A DNA stretch of 63,867 nt, counting the filler, from Octopus bimaculoides (lineage: Eukaryota), in assembly GCF_001194135.2 (NCBI RefSeq). It is 9 parts of 8 records of this genome, joined end to end, with 100 filler letters (N's around TTAATTAATTAA, not from the genome) between each part and the next. Parts side by side here need not be neighbours in the genome. Positions count along the whole stretch, not along the records: positions 1 to 8,038 come from NC_068994.1; positions 8,139 to 23,750 come from NC_068987.1; 7 more parts are not named here. The stretch is one strand, 5' to 3'. The position numbers and the translations under genes are program-made. The notes under the pieces were generated by a model, which made no database searches, was not told the origin of the DNA, and was given only the letters and a program-made list of their open reading frames with translations. Shown piece by piece: positions 1-14,386 of the stretch. Position 1 is the stretch's first letter, and each line of letters begins with the position of its first letter.

Positions 1-34
<34 letters not shown>

Positions 35-37
35 TAA

Positions 38-84
<47 letters not shown>

Positions 85-186
85 AAGAGATAGTGATAGA
101 TGGATGGATAGATACATACAAACATACATACATACATATATATATATGTATATGTATACATGTATATATATATATATATCTGCCTG

Positions 187-244
<58 letters not shown>

Positions 245-1413
245 AGCCTATCCGCGTACCTATATTTCTGTCTATCCATCTCCATTGTCATGGAACCTCA
301 CCAAAAAAAACAAAAACAATGTTCTCTTCAAAACAAAACCTCCCAAAAACATTTGTTTTATATAAATGAACATGCCGTTTGTACATTTACAACATTTTAT
401 TTGACAAGTTCGAGAAAGGAACGAAAGCGGTAATAATAATGAAGAAATAAAAAGATTTTTTTTTCCTAAATTCTGACGACTTTCTTTCTCAATATTTAAT
501 TTCTATACATCACCCCAAACACTCTATACATATGTATACATATATATACATACACATGTGTGTGTGTGTGTATGTATGCATGTACATACCTGTATGCCGA
601 TATGTATGTATATCTATGTATATACATATATATATATATATATATATACATATATATATNNNNNNNNNNNNNNNNNNNNNNNNNNNNNNNNNNNNNNNNN
701 NNNNNNNNNNNNNNNNNNNNNNNNNNNNNNNNNNNNNNNNNNNNNNNNNNNNNNNNNNNNNNNNNNNNNNNNNNNNNNNNNNNNNNNNNNNNNNNNNNNN
801 NNNNNNNNNNNNNNNNNNNNNNNNNNNNNNNNNNNNNNNNNNNNNNNNNNNNNNNNNNNNNNNNNNNNNNNNNNNNNNNNNNNNNNNNNNNNNNNNNNNN
901 NNNNNNNNNNNNNNNNNNNNNNNNNNNNNNNNNNNNNNNNNNNNNNNNNNNNNNNNNNNNNNNNNNNNNNNNNNNNNNNNNNNNNNNNNNNNNNNNNNNN
1001 NNNNNNNNNNNNNNNNNNNNNNNNNNNNNNNNNNNNNNNNNNNNNNNNNNNNNNNNNNNNNNNNNNNNNNNNNNNNNNNNNNNNNNNNNNNNNNNNNNNN
1101 NNNNNNNNNNNNNNNNNNNNNNNNNNNNNNNNNNNNNNNNNNNNNNNNNNNNNNNNNNNNNNNNNNNNNNNNNNNNNNNNNNNNNNNNNNNNNNNNNNNN
1201 NNNNNNNNNNNNNNNNNNNTATATATATATATATATATATATACATATATATATTGGACGGGCTTCCATACAGTTGTCGTCTGCCAGATTCACTCAAGAC
1301 TGCAATTGTTCGTCCCGAGGCTACAGCAGAAGACGCTTACTCAAAGTGCTCTGCAGTGGGTCTGAAGCCGCAATCAGGGAGTTTCAAAGCAAGGTTCTTC
1401 ACCACATAGCCAC

Positions 1414-1483
<70 letters not shown>

Positions 1484-2085
1484 CTACATATATATATGTG
1501 CGTGTGTGTGTACATATAAAAATGGATAAAAAAAGAAGCATGGGCATATATTTGACTGCATGTAAATAAATATGTGTGTATATATGTATGTATGTATGTA
1601 TTTATGCATGTAATTACGTATACATGTATCTATGTATGTGTCTGTGGAAGCATAGTTTTCAAATGTTTAAAAAAAAAATTAAATTCGAGAAATAAATAAA
1701 TGCAAAGTGACATAAAACTCTCCTAATTACCATGTTACATACAATCCGTATTTCAGACTGACTTAAAGCTCTGCTGAATTAAAGGCTGAACAGATTTATG
1801 TTCTGTCATGTCAGCTAGACAGAAACATGTATTTTTATTATCTTAACATGTCAACCAAAGACAAAATTTCGAATGTTAACGCTTGGTGGCACGAAGAATG
1901 TATCACGCTTGTATCAGTAGTGTTTATTCCACTACACCAGATATTAGCCGCTGTGTTCTGACATGGTATTGTTGTAATGGAGTTGGGATGTTGAAGAGGA
2001 CAACGGGCAGATAACTCCGTGTCGGTATAGAAATAACTGTATATGTATATATGTACGTGTGTGTATATCTATGATATATGCACAG

Positions 2086-2131
<46 letters not shown>

Positions 2132-2807
2132 NNNNNNNNNNNNNNNNNNNNNNNNNNNNNNNNNNNNNNNNNNNNNNNNNNNNNNNNNNNNNNNNNNNNN
2201 NNNNNNNNNNNNNNNNNNNNNNNNNNNNNNNNNNNNNNNNNNNNNNNNNNNNNNNNNNNNNNNNNNNNNNNNNNNNNNNNNNNNNNNNNNNNNNNNNNNN
2301 NNNNNNNNNNNNNNNNNNNNNNNNNNNNNNNNNNNNNNNNNNNNNNNNNNNNNNNNNNNNNNNNNNNNNNNNNNNNNNNNNNNNNNNNNNNNNNNNNNNN
2401 NNNNNNNNNNNNNNNNNNNNNNNNNNNNNNNNNNNNNNNNNNNNNNNNNNNNNNNNNNNNNNNNNNNNNNNNNNNNNNNNNNNNNNNNNNNNNNNNNNNN
2501 NNNNNNNNNNNNNNNNNNNNNNNNNNNNNNNNNNNNNNNNNNNNNNNNNNNNNNNNNNNNNNNNNNNNNNNNNNNNNNNNNNNNNNNNNNNNNNNNNNNN
2601 NNNNNNNNNNNNNNNNNNNNNNNNGTGTATATACATTTAGTGACAATGGTAATTCTCCTTTTTAGTGAAATATTGAAAGCCACTGCTTATATTCCTTTTC
2701 TGTATACAAATTGGCGAATCGCTAAATCATCCATTAATTTGGATGACAAAAACATATATACTAACAGAGAGAGAGAGAAGCAAGTCTGAAAATAGCCGAA
2801 GTTCAAG

Positions 2808-2869
2808 CCAGTCTTAACTGATGAGGCAACGGAAATTGCCGAAACTGACGTTACTATTAAGAATTCTGG
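2808..2869 (+). ncRNA. Type I hammerhead ribozyme motif (Penelope-type, possibly decayed)
   Basis: Stem I TCTTAA/TTAAGA (plus CCAG/CTGG after a 3-nt bulge); core CTGATGA 2818-2824; stem II GGCAA/TTGCC; GAAAC 2841-2845; near-palindromic TGACGTTA; triplet CTA 2854-2856. One defect: C-C at 15.2/16.2. Confidence 0.7.
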
Positions 2870-4912
2870 ATGGGCAACGTTCGGACGATTCAGGACCCTG
2901 TTAGTGTATATGTTTACATTTATGTGTGTTGAATACAGCATTTGAGTGTTTTAGCTCTTATTTCTAACAACGTAGATGTTTCTAACATCCTAGTCACATT
3001 TAGTGACTATTATAATTCTTCTTTTTGGTGAAACATTGCAAACTGCTGTATGTATTGTGTGTGTGTTTACACATACACACATACACACACGCAAATATAC
3101 AGAGTATACCATAATAACTCTTATTAAACGTACTCAGCAGTATTCATAAATTTCTGTGGGGCTGTAATGTGTACTGTGTAAATATATGTATGTATGTATT
3201 ATGTATGTATATATATTTATGCATGTATGTATAATATACATACATGTATGCATATATAATATATATGTATATATATGCATATATAATATATCATATATGT
3301 ATATATGTATTATATATATATATGTATGTCGATATATTATATATACATATACATATGATATATATATACATATATATGTATATAATAATTTTCCCAGAGG
3401 ATGTAGCAACCGTTACCAATATAGCATAAGAACTTACCTTAGGAGATCATTAATTAGATTCCTTAAGGGTCGTTCTCACAGTTTATATTTATATCATAAG
3501 GTTTTTAAACTTTTAAATTTTCATATTCAAAAGAGACAGAGACTTCAAATTCGATATATCGATTTATTCACCACATTATGTTAACATTTCTGTGCCAAAC
3601 TTATCCAGTGACTGGTCCATTGGATTTAGACGTTTGGCATTTCTTCAGGAGTGGTTACCTTTCGAACAAAACACGAAAAAACACATACATAACTATTATT
3701 AGGTCCTTAGGGCATCGTTAGCTTTCGTCTTTGTTATTATCTGTCTCTTTTGAATATGANNNNNNNNNNNNNNNNNNNNNNNNNNNNNNNNNNNNNNNNN
3801 NNNNNNNNNNNNNNNNNNNNNNNNNNNNNNNNNNNNNNNNNNNNNNNNNNNNNNNNNNNNNNNNNNNNNNNNNNNNNNNNNNNNNNNNNNNNNNNNNNNN
3901 NNNNNNNNNNNNNNNNNNNNNNNNNNNNNNNNNNNNNNNNNNNNNNNNNNNNNNNNNNNNNNNNNNNNNNNNNNNNNNNNNNNNNNNNNNNNNNNNNNNN
4001 NNNNNNNNNNNNNNNNNNNNNNNNNNNNNNNNNNNNNNNNNNNNNNNNNNNNNNNNNNNNNNNNNNNNNNNNNNNNNNNNNNNNNNNNNNNNNNNNNNNN
4101 NNNNNNNNNGCTGATGTTTTAAATTATGTGATAAAATATACTGATGTGATAAGTTTTTAAGATAATGATGACGAAAGCAATATCAAGGAGACTTCTTCTT
4201 CTTCGTCTTCTTCTTCATCTTCTTCTTCTTCTTCTTCTTCTTCTTCTTCTTCTTCTTCTTCTTCTTCTTCTTCTTCTTCTTCTTCTTGTCGCCGTTATCA
4301 ACCCCAATCTTAGTGTGATAATAATGTGTCGACATGGTATGTTGACACGGTGATTATTTATAAGTCTTGTTTACCCTAGATAACGCTTCACGTACCAGTG
4401 CTCCCCCCGCCTATCACACCGTCTTTTGCATAACCTACTGCGTTATGTATGAACGTTACTGAAGATATTTCTCTATACCAGTCTTTATCAATTCTTATCC
4501 CACGTATGCGAAGGCCCGCGGCGAAATAATGCTTAGGATATCGCACACATAGAACCGCAACATCGAGATTTCAATATCTGAGCCGGGAGTTGCGTTTTAC
4601 TTTTGTACAAAACACTTCATTTAACTGTTTCCAGTTCACTCAATTGTAAATGAAAAATCCTGGGAGAGCTTTCTGCCCTGTTCAAGGGAAATGACTGCGG
4701 TTTCTTACAGTTGTGCTCTGCGGCAACCAGGCAATCTACCGAATGAATTTTAGAACTTGAGAAGGTATTTTCCTTTTACATATGGCAAATGTCGTTCTTT
4801 TAGAAGATGGCAACATGTTTAAATATGACTATAAAAATTTTGCCCTTTCGTTCCCCTCCACTGAAAATCTGAAGATTATGAGCTCAAACAGAATTTTTTT
4901 CTCTGTGTCTCT

Positions 4913-4945
<33 letters not shown>

Positions 4946-5326
4946 TGTGTGTATGTATATATATATATATATGCATACATGCATATATATATACAGAGAG
5001 AGTGAGTGAGAGAGAGAGAAAGCGAGAGAGAGAGAGAGAAAGAAAGAAATATAGACAGTGTGTGTGTTGAGTATATAAATGTTATGGATACTTGTTTCTC
5101 TGGGATTAGTGAAGTGATGTAGACATATTTGATGAGACCCAAATAAGGGTCGAAAATCGATTAAGGCTGCTCATGCTCAGCATTTATTTAATTTAAAGAG
5201 AAATAAATTAAATTTGACGTATTGCATGTCTCCTACGTAAGTTTACCACACACACACACACACACACACAGGTATAAATGTATATATATATAAAGAGAAG
5301 AAATAGAAGAAGAAGGCCCTAACACC

Positions 5327-5390
5327 ACTTGTGCGATTCGAACGCCGTCTCCTGTAAATCTTGTGGACAAGCTAACCATTACGCCAAAGC
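5327..5390 (-). mobile_element. Isolated tRNA-like SINE head
   Basis: Minus strand TGGCGTAATGG (A box) and GTTCGAATC (B box); no complete cloverleaf. Confidence 0.55.
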
Positions 5391-7535
5391 GACATTACCA
5401 TAGTGACCGTCCAAAACAAGTAGCCTTAACACGAACAGCATGATTATAGTTCGTTTAAATAAGTGGTTTGTTCGACGTCTCCTTTCCAGAAGTAACGTTT
5501 TACATTCACTCCTTTCAAATGTTTTACAAAAGGCCCCCCCAAAAAATATATAAAAAAAATTAAAAAAACAATCAAACAAACAAAAAGCAGTAGATAATAT
5601 TTGTGCTCATATTTTCTTATACAAAATTATGCAACATGTGTAGCTTGTTTTAGATATTTGCGTGGACTAATGCTTGTTATATTAAATGTTTGTAGAAATT
5701 GCTTAAAAAAACCTTAAAAAATAATTAAAAAAAGACGAGGACCCAAATGACGAAATTATATTGAACCTCGTTGCAACATTAGTTATATCTCTATCTCCAG
5801 ATAACTCTATGCCATTTCCATATTTTTATCTCGACAAAGATATTTTTTTAAATGTATTTTAAATATAGGTATTGTACCTGGTTAAAATATTTTGCTCCTA
5901 AAAAAAACTCACCACCCTCATTTCTAAACACCAGTGGGCTTCAGAGCACGCATTTGACATTTTCCGCTCTCTGGTGAGTTCAAACGATCCCCAAAACAGG
6001 GGTCCCCGACCACTGAGCCGCATAGAAAATTATATTTCTATTTTACTGATTATTGCAGTTTGTAGGGTATTTTTTCATTAAATATGTAATATATATGCGT
6101 TATAAGTCGGCAAGGTGGCAGAAACGCTAGCATATTAACTATATTTCGTCTATCTTCACGTCCTGAGTTCAAATTCCGCCGAGGTCGACTTTGCTTTTCA
6201 TCCTTTCGGGGTCGATAAATTAAGTACCAGTTGCGTACTGGGGTCGACCTAATCGACTGGCCCCCTCCCTCAAAAATTTCGGGCCTTGTGCCTAGATTAG
6301 AAAGGACGCATTTTTCTTCATTTTCAGCTTCTTTGCTACCTCAGCTATTTTTTGATTGCTTGCTTCTGCGTTCAATGCTCAGGCCCTTCCCAATGTCTTA
6401 AAATGATGCGAAAGTACCGCCAGAATTGGCCCTGGTGACTGTGAGGTAGTACAAGAGGATTTGGTAGAGGCACGCATGGCTAAGTGATTAGGGTGTTGGA
6501 CACATGATCGTCGTAAGACTGTGGTTTTGATTCCTGGACCGGGCGACAAGTTGTGTCCTTGAACAACACACTTCATTTCACATTGCTCCAGTTCACTCAG
6601 CTGGCAAAAGTAATCCTGCGATGGACCGGTGAACCGTCCACGTGGAGGATATATATACGCCTTGGAAACCGGGAAACCGGCCCTTATGAGTCTACAGGAC
6701 TCGAGAAGGAATTAAGGAACCAGCGGATTTGGCCGTGATGGCCTCTAGGTAGTACTGCTGTATTTGGCCGTGATGTGTAACCTTCTGATCTTTAGATTTT
6801 TGGCAGTAAGGATGACGCAGCTTCTTTATTGCTTTCGCTATCTTCGTATTTCTTCCTTATTATTTTTATTATTATTTTGCTACTTTTGGTTCTCTTGTTG
6901 TTATTGCCGTTGTTGTTGGCTTTGGTGGTGGAGGTAATGGTTCTTTTTCTTTCTTCTTACTTTCTCTGATTTTTTCGTTCACGTTCAAGCAGAAATTGCT
7001 TCCTGTTGACGCGTTTTAAACGCGATACTTTCGAAATCTCTCTGACAGAATAATTTTAGCAGAATTTATTCTCGGGATCGACTTTCTTAATTTAAACTAA
7101 AAAAAAGCAATTTTATTTCTTCTGAAACAAACTTCTTCTTAGCCTCAACCTCCACCTCCACCTCCACCTCTATCTCACACCACTACCCAAATCAGCACCA
7201 CCATCACTACAGCCAATAACACCATCAGCATCACCATCACATCACCATCACATCACAACGAAATCACCACCACCAATAACAACAATAACAAAACTAAAAA
7301 TATTTCACATAAAATACAAAGAACTACTAAATTAAAAAAAACAATCTGATTTATTTTAAGATATTACTTTACTTGGTAAAATTCAATTCAGGAATGATGG
7401 GTTGGGGCACAGTTTAAAGAAATCCGAGGAAAATTATTTCTTGGAGATGTTGCTACCATCTTTTATATATTCTTTAGTTTTTCTTCCTCTTTATTTTATG
7501 CTATTTCACTTTATACTTTGATTGCTTTGCTATCG

Positions 7536-7570
<35 letters not shown>

Positions 7571-7577
7571 GTTATTA

Positions 7578-7642
<65 letters not shown>

Positions 7643-8681
7643 TTATGATTTTTTCAGACACAGAAAATTACCATTACGATGTGAAATTAACTTTCGCCGG
7701 TGTCACTACTATTGATAATTAGAATCATCATCGAACTCACACACGCATGTGCACTTGTACACGCACGCACGCACGCACGCACGCATACGCGCCCGCGCAC
7801 ACACACGCACACGCACACGCACACATGTACTCAGATACTCATGTTTGTACCGATCGCTCTACGCAATCATTGTACATGCATTCATAGATACACACGCATA
7901 TATGCACATATAGACTCAAACACAAATGTATATATGTATATGTATGTACGAATTTATGTGTATGCGAGTGAAAATGCATATATAATTGTACGTCTGCATA
8001 TATGTGCCTACATCCATATATATATATATATATATATANNNNNNNNNNNNNNNNNNNNNNNNNNNNNNNNNNNNNNNNNNNNTTAATTAATTAANNNNNN
8101 NNNNNNNNNNNNNNNNNNNNNNNNNNNNNNNNNNNNNNAATACTTTCAATTTCATACTGAAACAATTATAGTATGCTCACATATATACAAGCATACTTAC
8201 TATAAGACCCAAGTTAAAAACATTCCCAACAATTCAACTTCTCTGGTTGGCATTAACACACCCACCTCCAATAGAGGCCTTCATTCCTACATTTTAGAGC
8301 TCCATGAGCTCCATTTTTCAGGAGCAAAATCCTTTTTACAGGTTCCAGACAACTGAAATTTTGGAATATGCACATAAAGATCAATAGTATGGGATACATG
8401 TCTCATGATTAGAATTTTTTTAGGGTGTGTAAAGAGGGAAAGAACCCTCATGTGCAATTTTCCTGAAATTCGAATCATTACAGAAAATATAACAGAAAAG
8501 TCTCATTCTTCAATTGCATGTAACACGGGCAACGCTAGGTATCTCTGCTAGTTTATTATATATATATGTATACGTACACACACATATATATATATATACA
8601 TATGTATCCATATATTTAAATATATACATGCATGTATATATATATGCATACATGCTTGTATTAATGAATGCATATATATGC

Positions 8682-8720
<39 letters not shown>

Positions 8721-9110
8721 NNNNNNNNNNNNNNNNNNNNNNNNNNNNNNNNNNNNNNNNNNNNNNNNNNNNNNNNNNNNNNNNNNNNNNNNNNNNNNNN
8801 NNNNNNNNNNNNNNNNNNNNNNNNNNNNNNNNNNNNNNNNNNNNNNNNNNNNNNNNNNNNNNNNNNNNNNNNNNNNNNNNNNNNNNNNNNNNNNNNNNNN
8901 NNNNNNNNNNNNNNNNNNNNNNNNNNNNNNNNNNNNNNNNNNNNNNNNNNNNNNNNNNNNNNNNNNNNNNNNNNNNNNNNNNNNNNNNNNNNNNNNNNNN
9001 NNNNNNNNNNNNNNNNNNNNNNNNNNNNNNNNNNNNNNNNNNNNNNNNNNNNNNNNNNNNNNNNNNNNNNNNNNNNNNNNNNNNNNNNNNNNNNNNNNNN
9101 NNNNNNNNNN

Positions 9111-9163
<53 letters not shown>

Positions 9164-10596
9164 GGGATAATTTTTATTTTAATCTTAATAATAATGTTTA
9201 TTAAGATTAAAATAGAGATTATCCCTTCAAAACAGCCATCTCTACTCATTCTTTCAAATATATATATAATACTATACCAAGAACTTTCTTGTTATTATTC
9301 TACTATGTATATATGTATATATAACTTTGTTTTTTGTCATGTACATATCAGCGTATCATAGCAATAACATGTCTGATCAAAGTTTTTTTTAGCCTTTTAA
9401 AAGTACCATAGATAACTAAGATAGTGGAGCATTTGCCAGTAAAGATCTCACAGATATGAATGCGCACCCATCTTGGTTAAGTTTTGCTTTTGAAGGTTAA
9501 TAAATTGCAGTTTGAGAGTAGAAATATTCAACTGTGTATTCAGTAATTAATTGAATAACAGCTTATCTTAATTTTGTAAGTTTGTCATAGGAAAAAGAGC
9601 AGTGCTCATATCTTTTGCTAGTCCAGTAAGGCTGATAGTGTTTGGGGAAAAGGAGATGAAACTGTGAAGTTATGGTTTCAGAAATAGTATGTCAACAAAC
9701 TGACTTATTCTTTAACCAGACGTCTTGTCCATGCACTTATAAAAGTATGAGCTCTGTTAAAGGCATTTGAGCACTAGCTGGTAGTATTAAACAGGATGAA
9801 TGTTTATAATGAACATTTATAGTTGTGGTTTGCTGTTCTTCATTGTATAATATAACCAACTGCATTGCTGTGTGGGTTAAGAAGTTTGCTTCCCAGCCAC
9901 ATAGCTTTAGGTTCAGTCTTGCTGCATTGTATCTTTATACAATAATCCTAAGACGTCACCCAAAGCTTAGTCATAGGATTGGTAGACAGAAATTAAAAGA
10001 AGTTCATTGTGTATATGTGCATGCATGTATGTGTGTATGTGTGTGCATGTATATATGTAATATGTGAGCAGGTGTGTGAAAATGTTTGTTTGTGTTACCT
10101 TGTCTTGACCTCATGTGATTGTAAATGAGTGTCACTGACGTACAAGAAGTTTCATTTGTTTCCAATATTCTGCATAAACATGTCTGGTCATGGAGAACTA
10201 TTAACTTGCATGGAAACGGATGAAGATTGGTGACAGGAAGGGGCATCTGGCTGCAGAAAATATGCCTCAACAAAAACTCCATCTAACTAATTCAAACAAG
10301 GTAAAAAGTGAACATTAAAACAATGATGATGATGACAATAGACAGAGGGGATGAGAGGGGACCAAGACTCCTGGCAGTTTGCTGTACTTGAAAAGACACA
10401 TCAAGCTAAGTAAAAGCATGGCTGTCCTTGCATACAGGCATATACTCTGCATCCCTCTCCAGCTGAGCATTTCTAATCTTTCAAAAGATTAAGAACGCTC
10501 AGCTGGAGAGGGATACACAGGACAGGCAAAGGATTAAAACTCTCTATCAAAATTCCTTGTCCATTTATGTTCCAAACACTAGCTTGATAATGACAG

Positions 10597-11160
10597 TTAT
10601 TACCTCCACAGAGGTATTGTTTTCAGTCGTGTTTGTTTGTTTGTCCGTGGACAAGATAGATCAAGAACCGCTCGATGGATTCAGATGTAACTTTCAGGGA
10701 TGTTTGGCCTCATGACTGGCATGAACTGATCAGATTTTGGAGTCAATCTGGTACCAGACTAGGATTCTGGATTATTTGTTATATTTACTTTACATGAATA
10801 CGATCCTTCTCAATTATCTCCCTTTAGGCTGTAACTATTTTGAATGGTGAATTTGTTAACTTTGGCTTGTATTAGATAAGGATAAATTAGTTATTACTGT
10901 TACTAAATTTTCTACTGCCACCTTTACATTCCATGACTACCATTGGGATCAATCAGGTATCAGATAAAGATTCTGGATTATTTTTCTGACTTGTTTAGTT
11001 AATTTTTGAGAGCAGCCCAGGTTCATCTTTAGTATTCTTGTTTATGAGAGCAGTTGAGTTTATTTCAGATATTCTCATTTTAAAAATCATATCTGGTTAA
11101 TTGTTGAGAGGACGTTTGTGTTGCCTTGGTGGAGGTTTGCGCTCTCTGAGTGCTCTTGTT
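10597..11160 (-). mobile_element. Second copy of the Helentron-like element
   Basis: Reverse complement starts AACAAGAGCACTCAGAGAGCGCAAACCTCCACCAAGG and ends GGAGGTAATAA; shares internal ...ccacggacaaacaaacaaac with 43802-44157. Confidence 0.7.
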
Positions 11161-12319
11161 TTTATTAAATTCTTCATTATTTTCAAAAGTAATTTTGAAA
11201 ATAATAAAGTTTGTGTATTTCAAAAGAAATATGGTAATGAAAGGGGCTAAACAACACTCGACAATAATGATGGTTTCAAATTTTCCCACAAGGGAATCAA
11301 TTTTAGGGGAGGGGATGAGTCGATTACATCGACCCCAGTCTTCAACTGGCACTTATCTTATCAACCCTGAAACGATGAAAGGCAAAGTTGACCTCGGTGG
11401 AATTTGAACTCAGAATGTAAAGATGGACGAAATACCACTAAGCATTTTGGCTGACATGCTAACGGTTCTGCCAGCTTGCCACCTTACAGCCAACGATAAT
11501 AACATCAGGGAGATTCCATGATTTAACGGTTAAATTTTTCAAAAAGATCAAGAATAAAAATTTCATTTTCATTTTTTTTTTTCAGCTCCATGCGACACAA
11601 AAATTCCCTTTCATCCGAACAAAGTAGACTATTACTTTTTCTCAACACATAAATAGTTTAGACAGACTATAACTGACTTGTAACTAGACATATCATTGTT
11701 ATTTTACTGCTATTTACTTTTATTATTGATAGATATAAAGCAGGATGTCGATCAATATAATACATTACCCATTCTAACAATAGTTTTAAATTTGATAATC
11801 AGAAGTATTATATTGAATCAAATCTTTTTCAAAAGTCGTCTAAGAAATATGTGAGAAATATAAAGAAATTTAGGGAAGTTATAGAAATTTTATATTATAT
11901 TCATGGGAATATGTTGTACACATATATATATGTCTATGTATGTGTGTGTGTGTGTGTGTTTGTGTGCATGGAGTGTATTGTGTAAATTCATTTGTATCAA
12001 AAAATATCAAAAGTTTTACACTGTTTATTTTTATTGAAATTACAGAAGCCAGATGCAATTTTTGCAAAATTTTATAACTATGAATCAAATACACACATAC
12101 TCATATACATTAATATATATGTGTGTATATATGTGTGTGGATGTATATATATACATATATATCATCATCATCCTCATTTAATGTCTGCTTTCCATGTTAG
12201 CATGGGTTGGATGGTTTGACAGGAGCTGGCTTGGCAGGAGCCTGCAACAGACATCTGTGTCTGTTCATCATCATCAACATCATCGTTTAATGTCTGCCTT
12301 CTATGCTGGCATGGGTGGG

Positions 12320-12363
<44 letters not shown>

Positions 12364-12580
12364 CACAACTTTCTCTCACTCTTTCTTCTTGTTTCTGTTG
12401 TACCTGTATTTCAGAGGGCCAACCTTGTCACACTCTGTGTCATGCTGAATCTCCCCAAGAACTACATTAAGGGTACACGTGCCTGTGGAGTACTCACCCA
12501 CTTGCATGTTAATTTCGCAAGCAGGCTGTTCCGTTGATTGGATCAACTGGAACCCACGTTGTTGTAACCGATGGAGTGCC

Positions 12581-12692
<112 letters not shown>

Positions 12693-12898
12693 CACATATA
12701 TATATGTATATATAATACAAATAATGAGTATATGCATATATATGTACATGTATGTACATACTTACATCTACCTGTATATATAGATGCATATCTGGGTACA
12801 GGACATTGCAAACAAAACGTAGACAAAATGATAAACAAGTACAGAAAACACACAGTCCACATAGAGAACATTTCCTTCATCAGCTGCGACCATTCAAC

Positions 12899-13696
12899 AC
12901 TGGCGTTTCAAGGAGTTAGGGCAGGCTGGTGTTTTGAAGCGAAGGGCATCTCCCTCAGAGTAAAAGGCAGATTGTACATTGGCTGTGTATGAACAGCTAT
13001 GTTGCATCGTAGAGAGACATGGGCTGTGACTACTGAGGATATGTGATGACTTGAAAGAAATGAAGCCAATATGCTTCGCTGGGTGGATAATGTCAGTGTG
13101 CATATTCAACAGAGTGTAAGTGATTTGAGAGAAAAACTGGGAATACAGGGCATCAGATGTATTGTACAAGAGAGAAGACTGTGCTGGTACAGTCATGTAA
13201 TATGTAGGAATGAAGACAGTTGCATCAAGAAGTGCTGATCTCTAACTGTAGAGGGAACATGTAGACAGAGTAGACCCAGGAAGATGTGGATGAAGTGGTG
13301 AGAAAGGATCTGCAGATGCTGGGACTCACAGAGCAGATGACAGGGAACTAAGACTCCTGGCAGTTTGCTGTGCTTGAAAAGACATGTCAAGCTAAATAAA
13401 ATCGAGGTTGTCCCTGCATACAGGCTCATCTCCTGCAACCCTCTCCAGCTGAGCATCCCTAATCTTGAGGGCTCATAGGTGCTGGTGCCACATAAAAAGC
13501 ACCCATGCCGGTACTGTGTAAAAGCACCCAGTACACTCTGTAAAGTGGTTGGTGTTAGGAAGGGCATCCAGCCATAGAAACTATGCTGAAACAGACAGGG
13601 ATCCTGAACAACCCTTCAGCTGATCAGCCCATGTCAAGCCGTGCAGACCATGCCAGCATGGAAAACAAATGTTAAATGATGATGATGATGATGATG
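12899..13696 (+). mobile_element. RTE-clade LINE, 5'-truncated 3' fragment with (GAT)n tail
   Basis: KGISLRVKGRLY and EKLGIQGIRCIVQERRLCW; 3' UTR shared with 16010-17513 and 22410-23317; ends gttaaat(gat)n. Confidence 0.85.
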
Positions 13697-13789
13697 TTTA
13701 TATGTTGTTGCTCTTGTTTAGTCCCATTAGACCTTTCCCCTTAATTTAGCCAAAAGAAAAGCAGATAAGAAAAAATTTGCCAATGTTCT

Positions 13790-14386
13790 GCATTATGAGG
13801 ACCAGAGACTTGAAGTGTTTCATATTGCAAGACAGTGTGTGAGAGAGAATCATGATGCCATAGGAGAGAAATGTGTCCACATGGATGATGGCTCACTTGC
13901 ATTTAATGATACTGCAAAGGGAGACAAATGGAGATGCTATTATGAAAGGTTGCTAAATGAAGAGATTGAATGGGAGAAAGAGAGTCTGCCAAATGTTGAA
14001 ACAATAGAGGGACCAGCTATTCGAATTGAACTTGGTAGATAAAGGAATTAAGGGCGTGAAGACTGACAAAGCCCCCAGCCCAACAGGAATCACTGCTGAG
14101 ATGCTTAAAATATCTGGTGGTGTAGGCAATAGTCTAGCTACCTGTATTGTCAATCAGGTGATATAAAAAGGAATCATACCCAATGACTGATGAAGCAGCA
14201 CCATGGTCAACTGCTACAAAGGTAAAGGTGATGCATTAGACAGAAATAATTATAGTGGTATCAAATTGTTGGATCAGGTGATGAAAGTCCCAGAGAGGGC
14301 CATGACCCAACTAATTAGGAAGAGAGTTAGTTTAGATGAGATGCAGTTTGAGTTTGTGCCATGGAGAAGCACCATTGCTGCTATAT
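13790..14386 (+). mobile_element. RTE-clade LINE, N-terminal RT fragment
   Basis: VFHIARQCVRENHD, YYERLLNEE, KAPSPTGITAEMLK, YKGKGDALDRNNYSGIKLLDQVMK, DEMQFEFVP; cut by the Tc1/mariner relic. Confidence 0.85.

Noticed and set aside
496-2789. Long ORFs made of X, YI/HT/CV/LS repeats here and throughout the ORF track
   Set aside because: Artefacts of N gaps and dinucleotide or tetranucleotide microsatellites, which lack stop codons.
2795-2945. Short + strand frame PKFKPVLTDEATEIAETD as a possible exon
   Set aside because: No polypyrimidine tract; the sequence is better explained by the hammerhead motif.
8083-8094. TTAATTAATTAA embedded in N runs (also 23795, 30108, 34074, 36985, 39767, 57773, 61708)
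   Set aside because: Where counted it is 44 N + 12 nt + 44 N = 100 bp, with stops in all frames on both strands: an assembly gap linker, not biology.
14185-14225. CTGATGA-AGCAG...CTGCT hairpin
   Set aside because: Lies within RTE coding sequence and has no GAAA after the stem.
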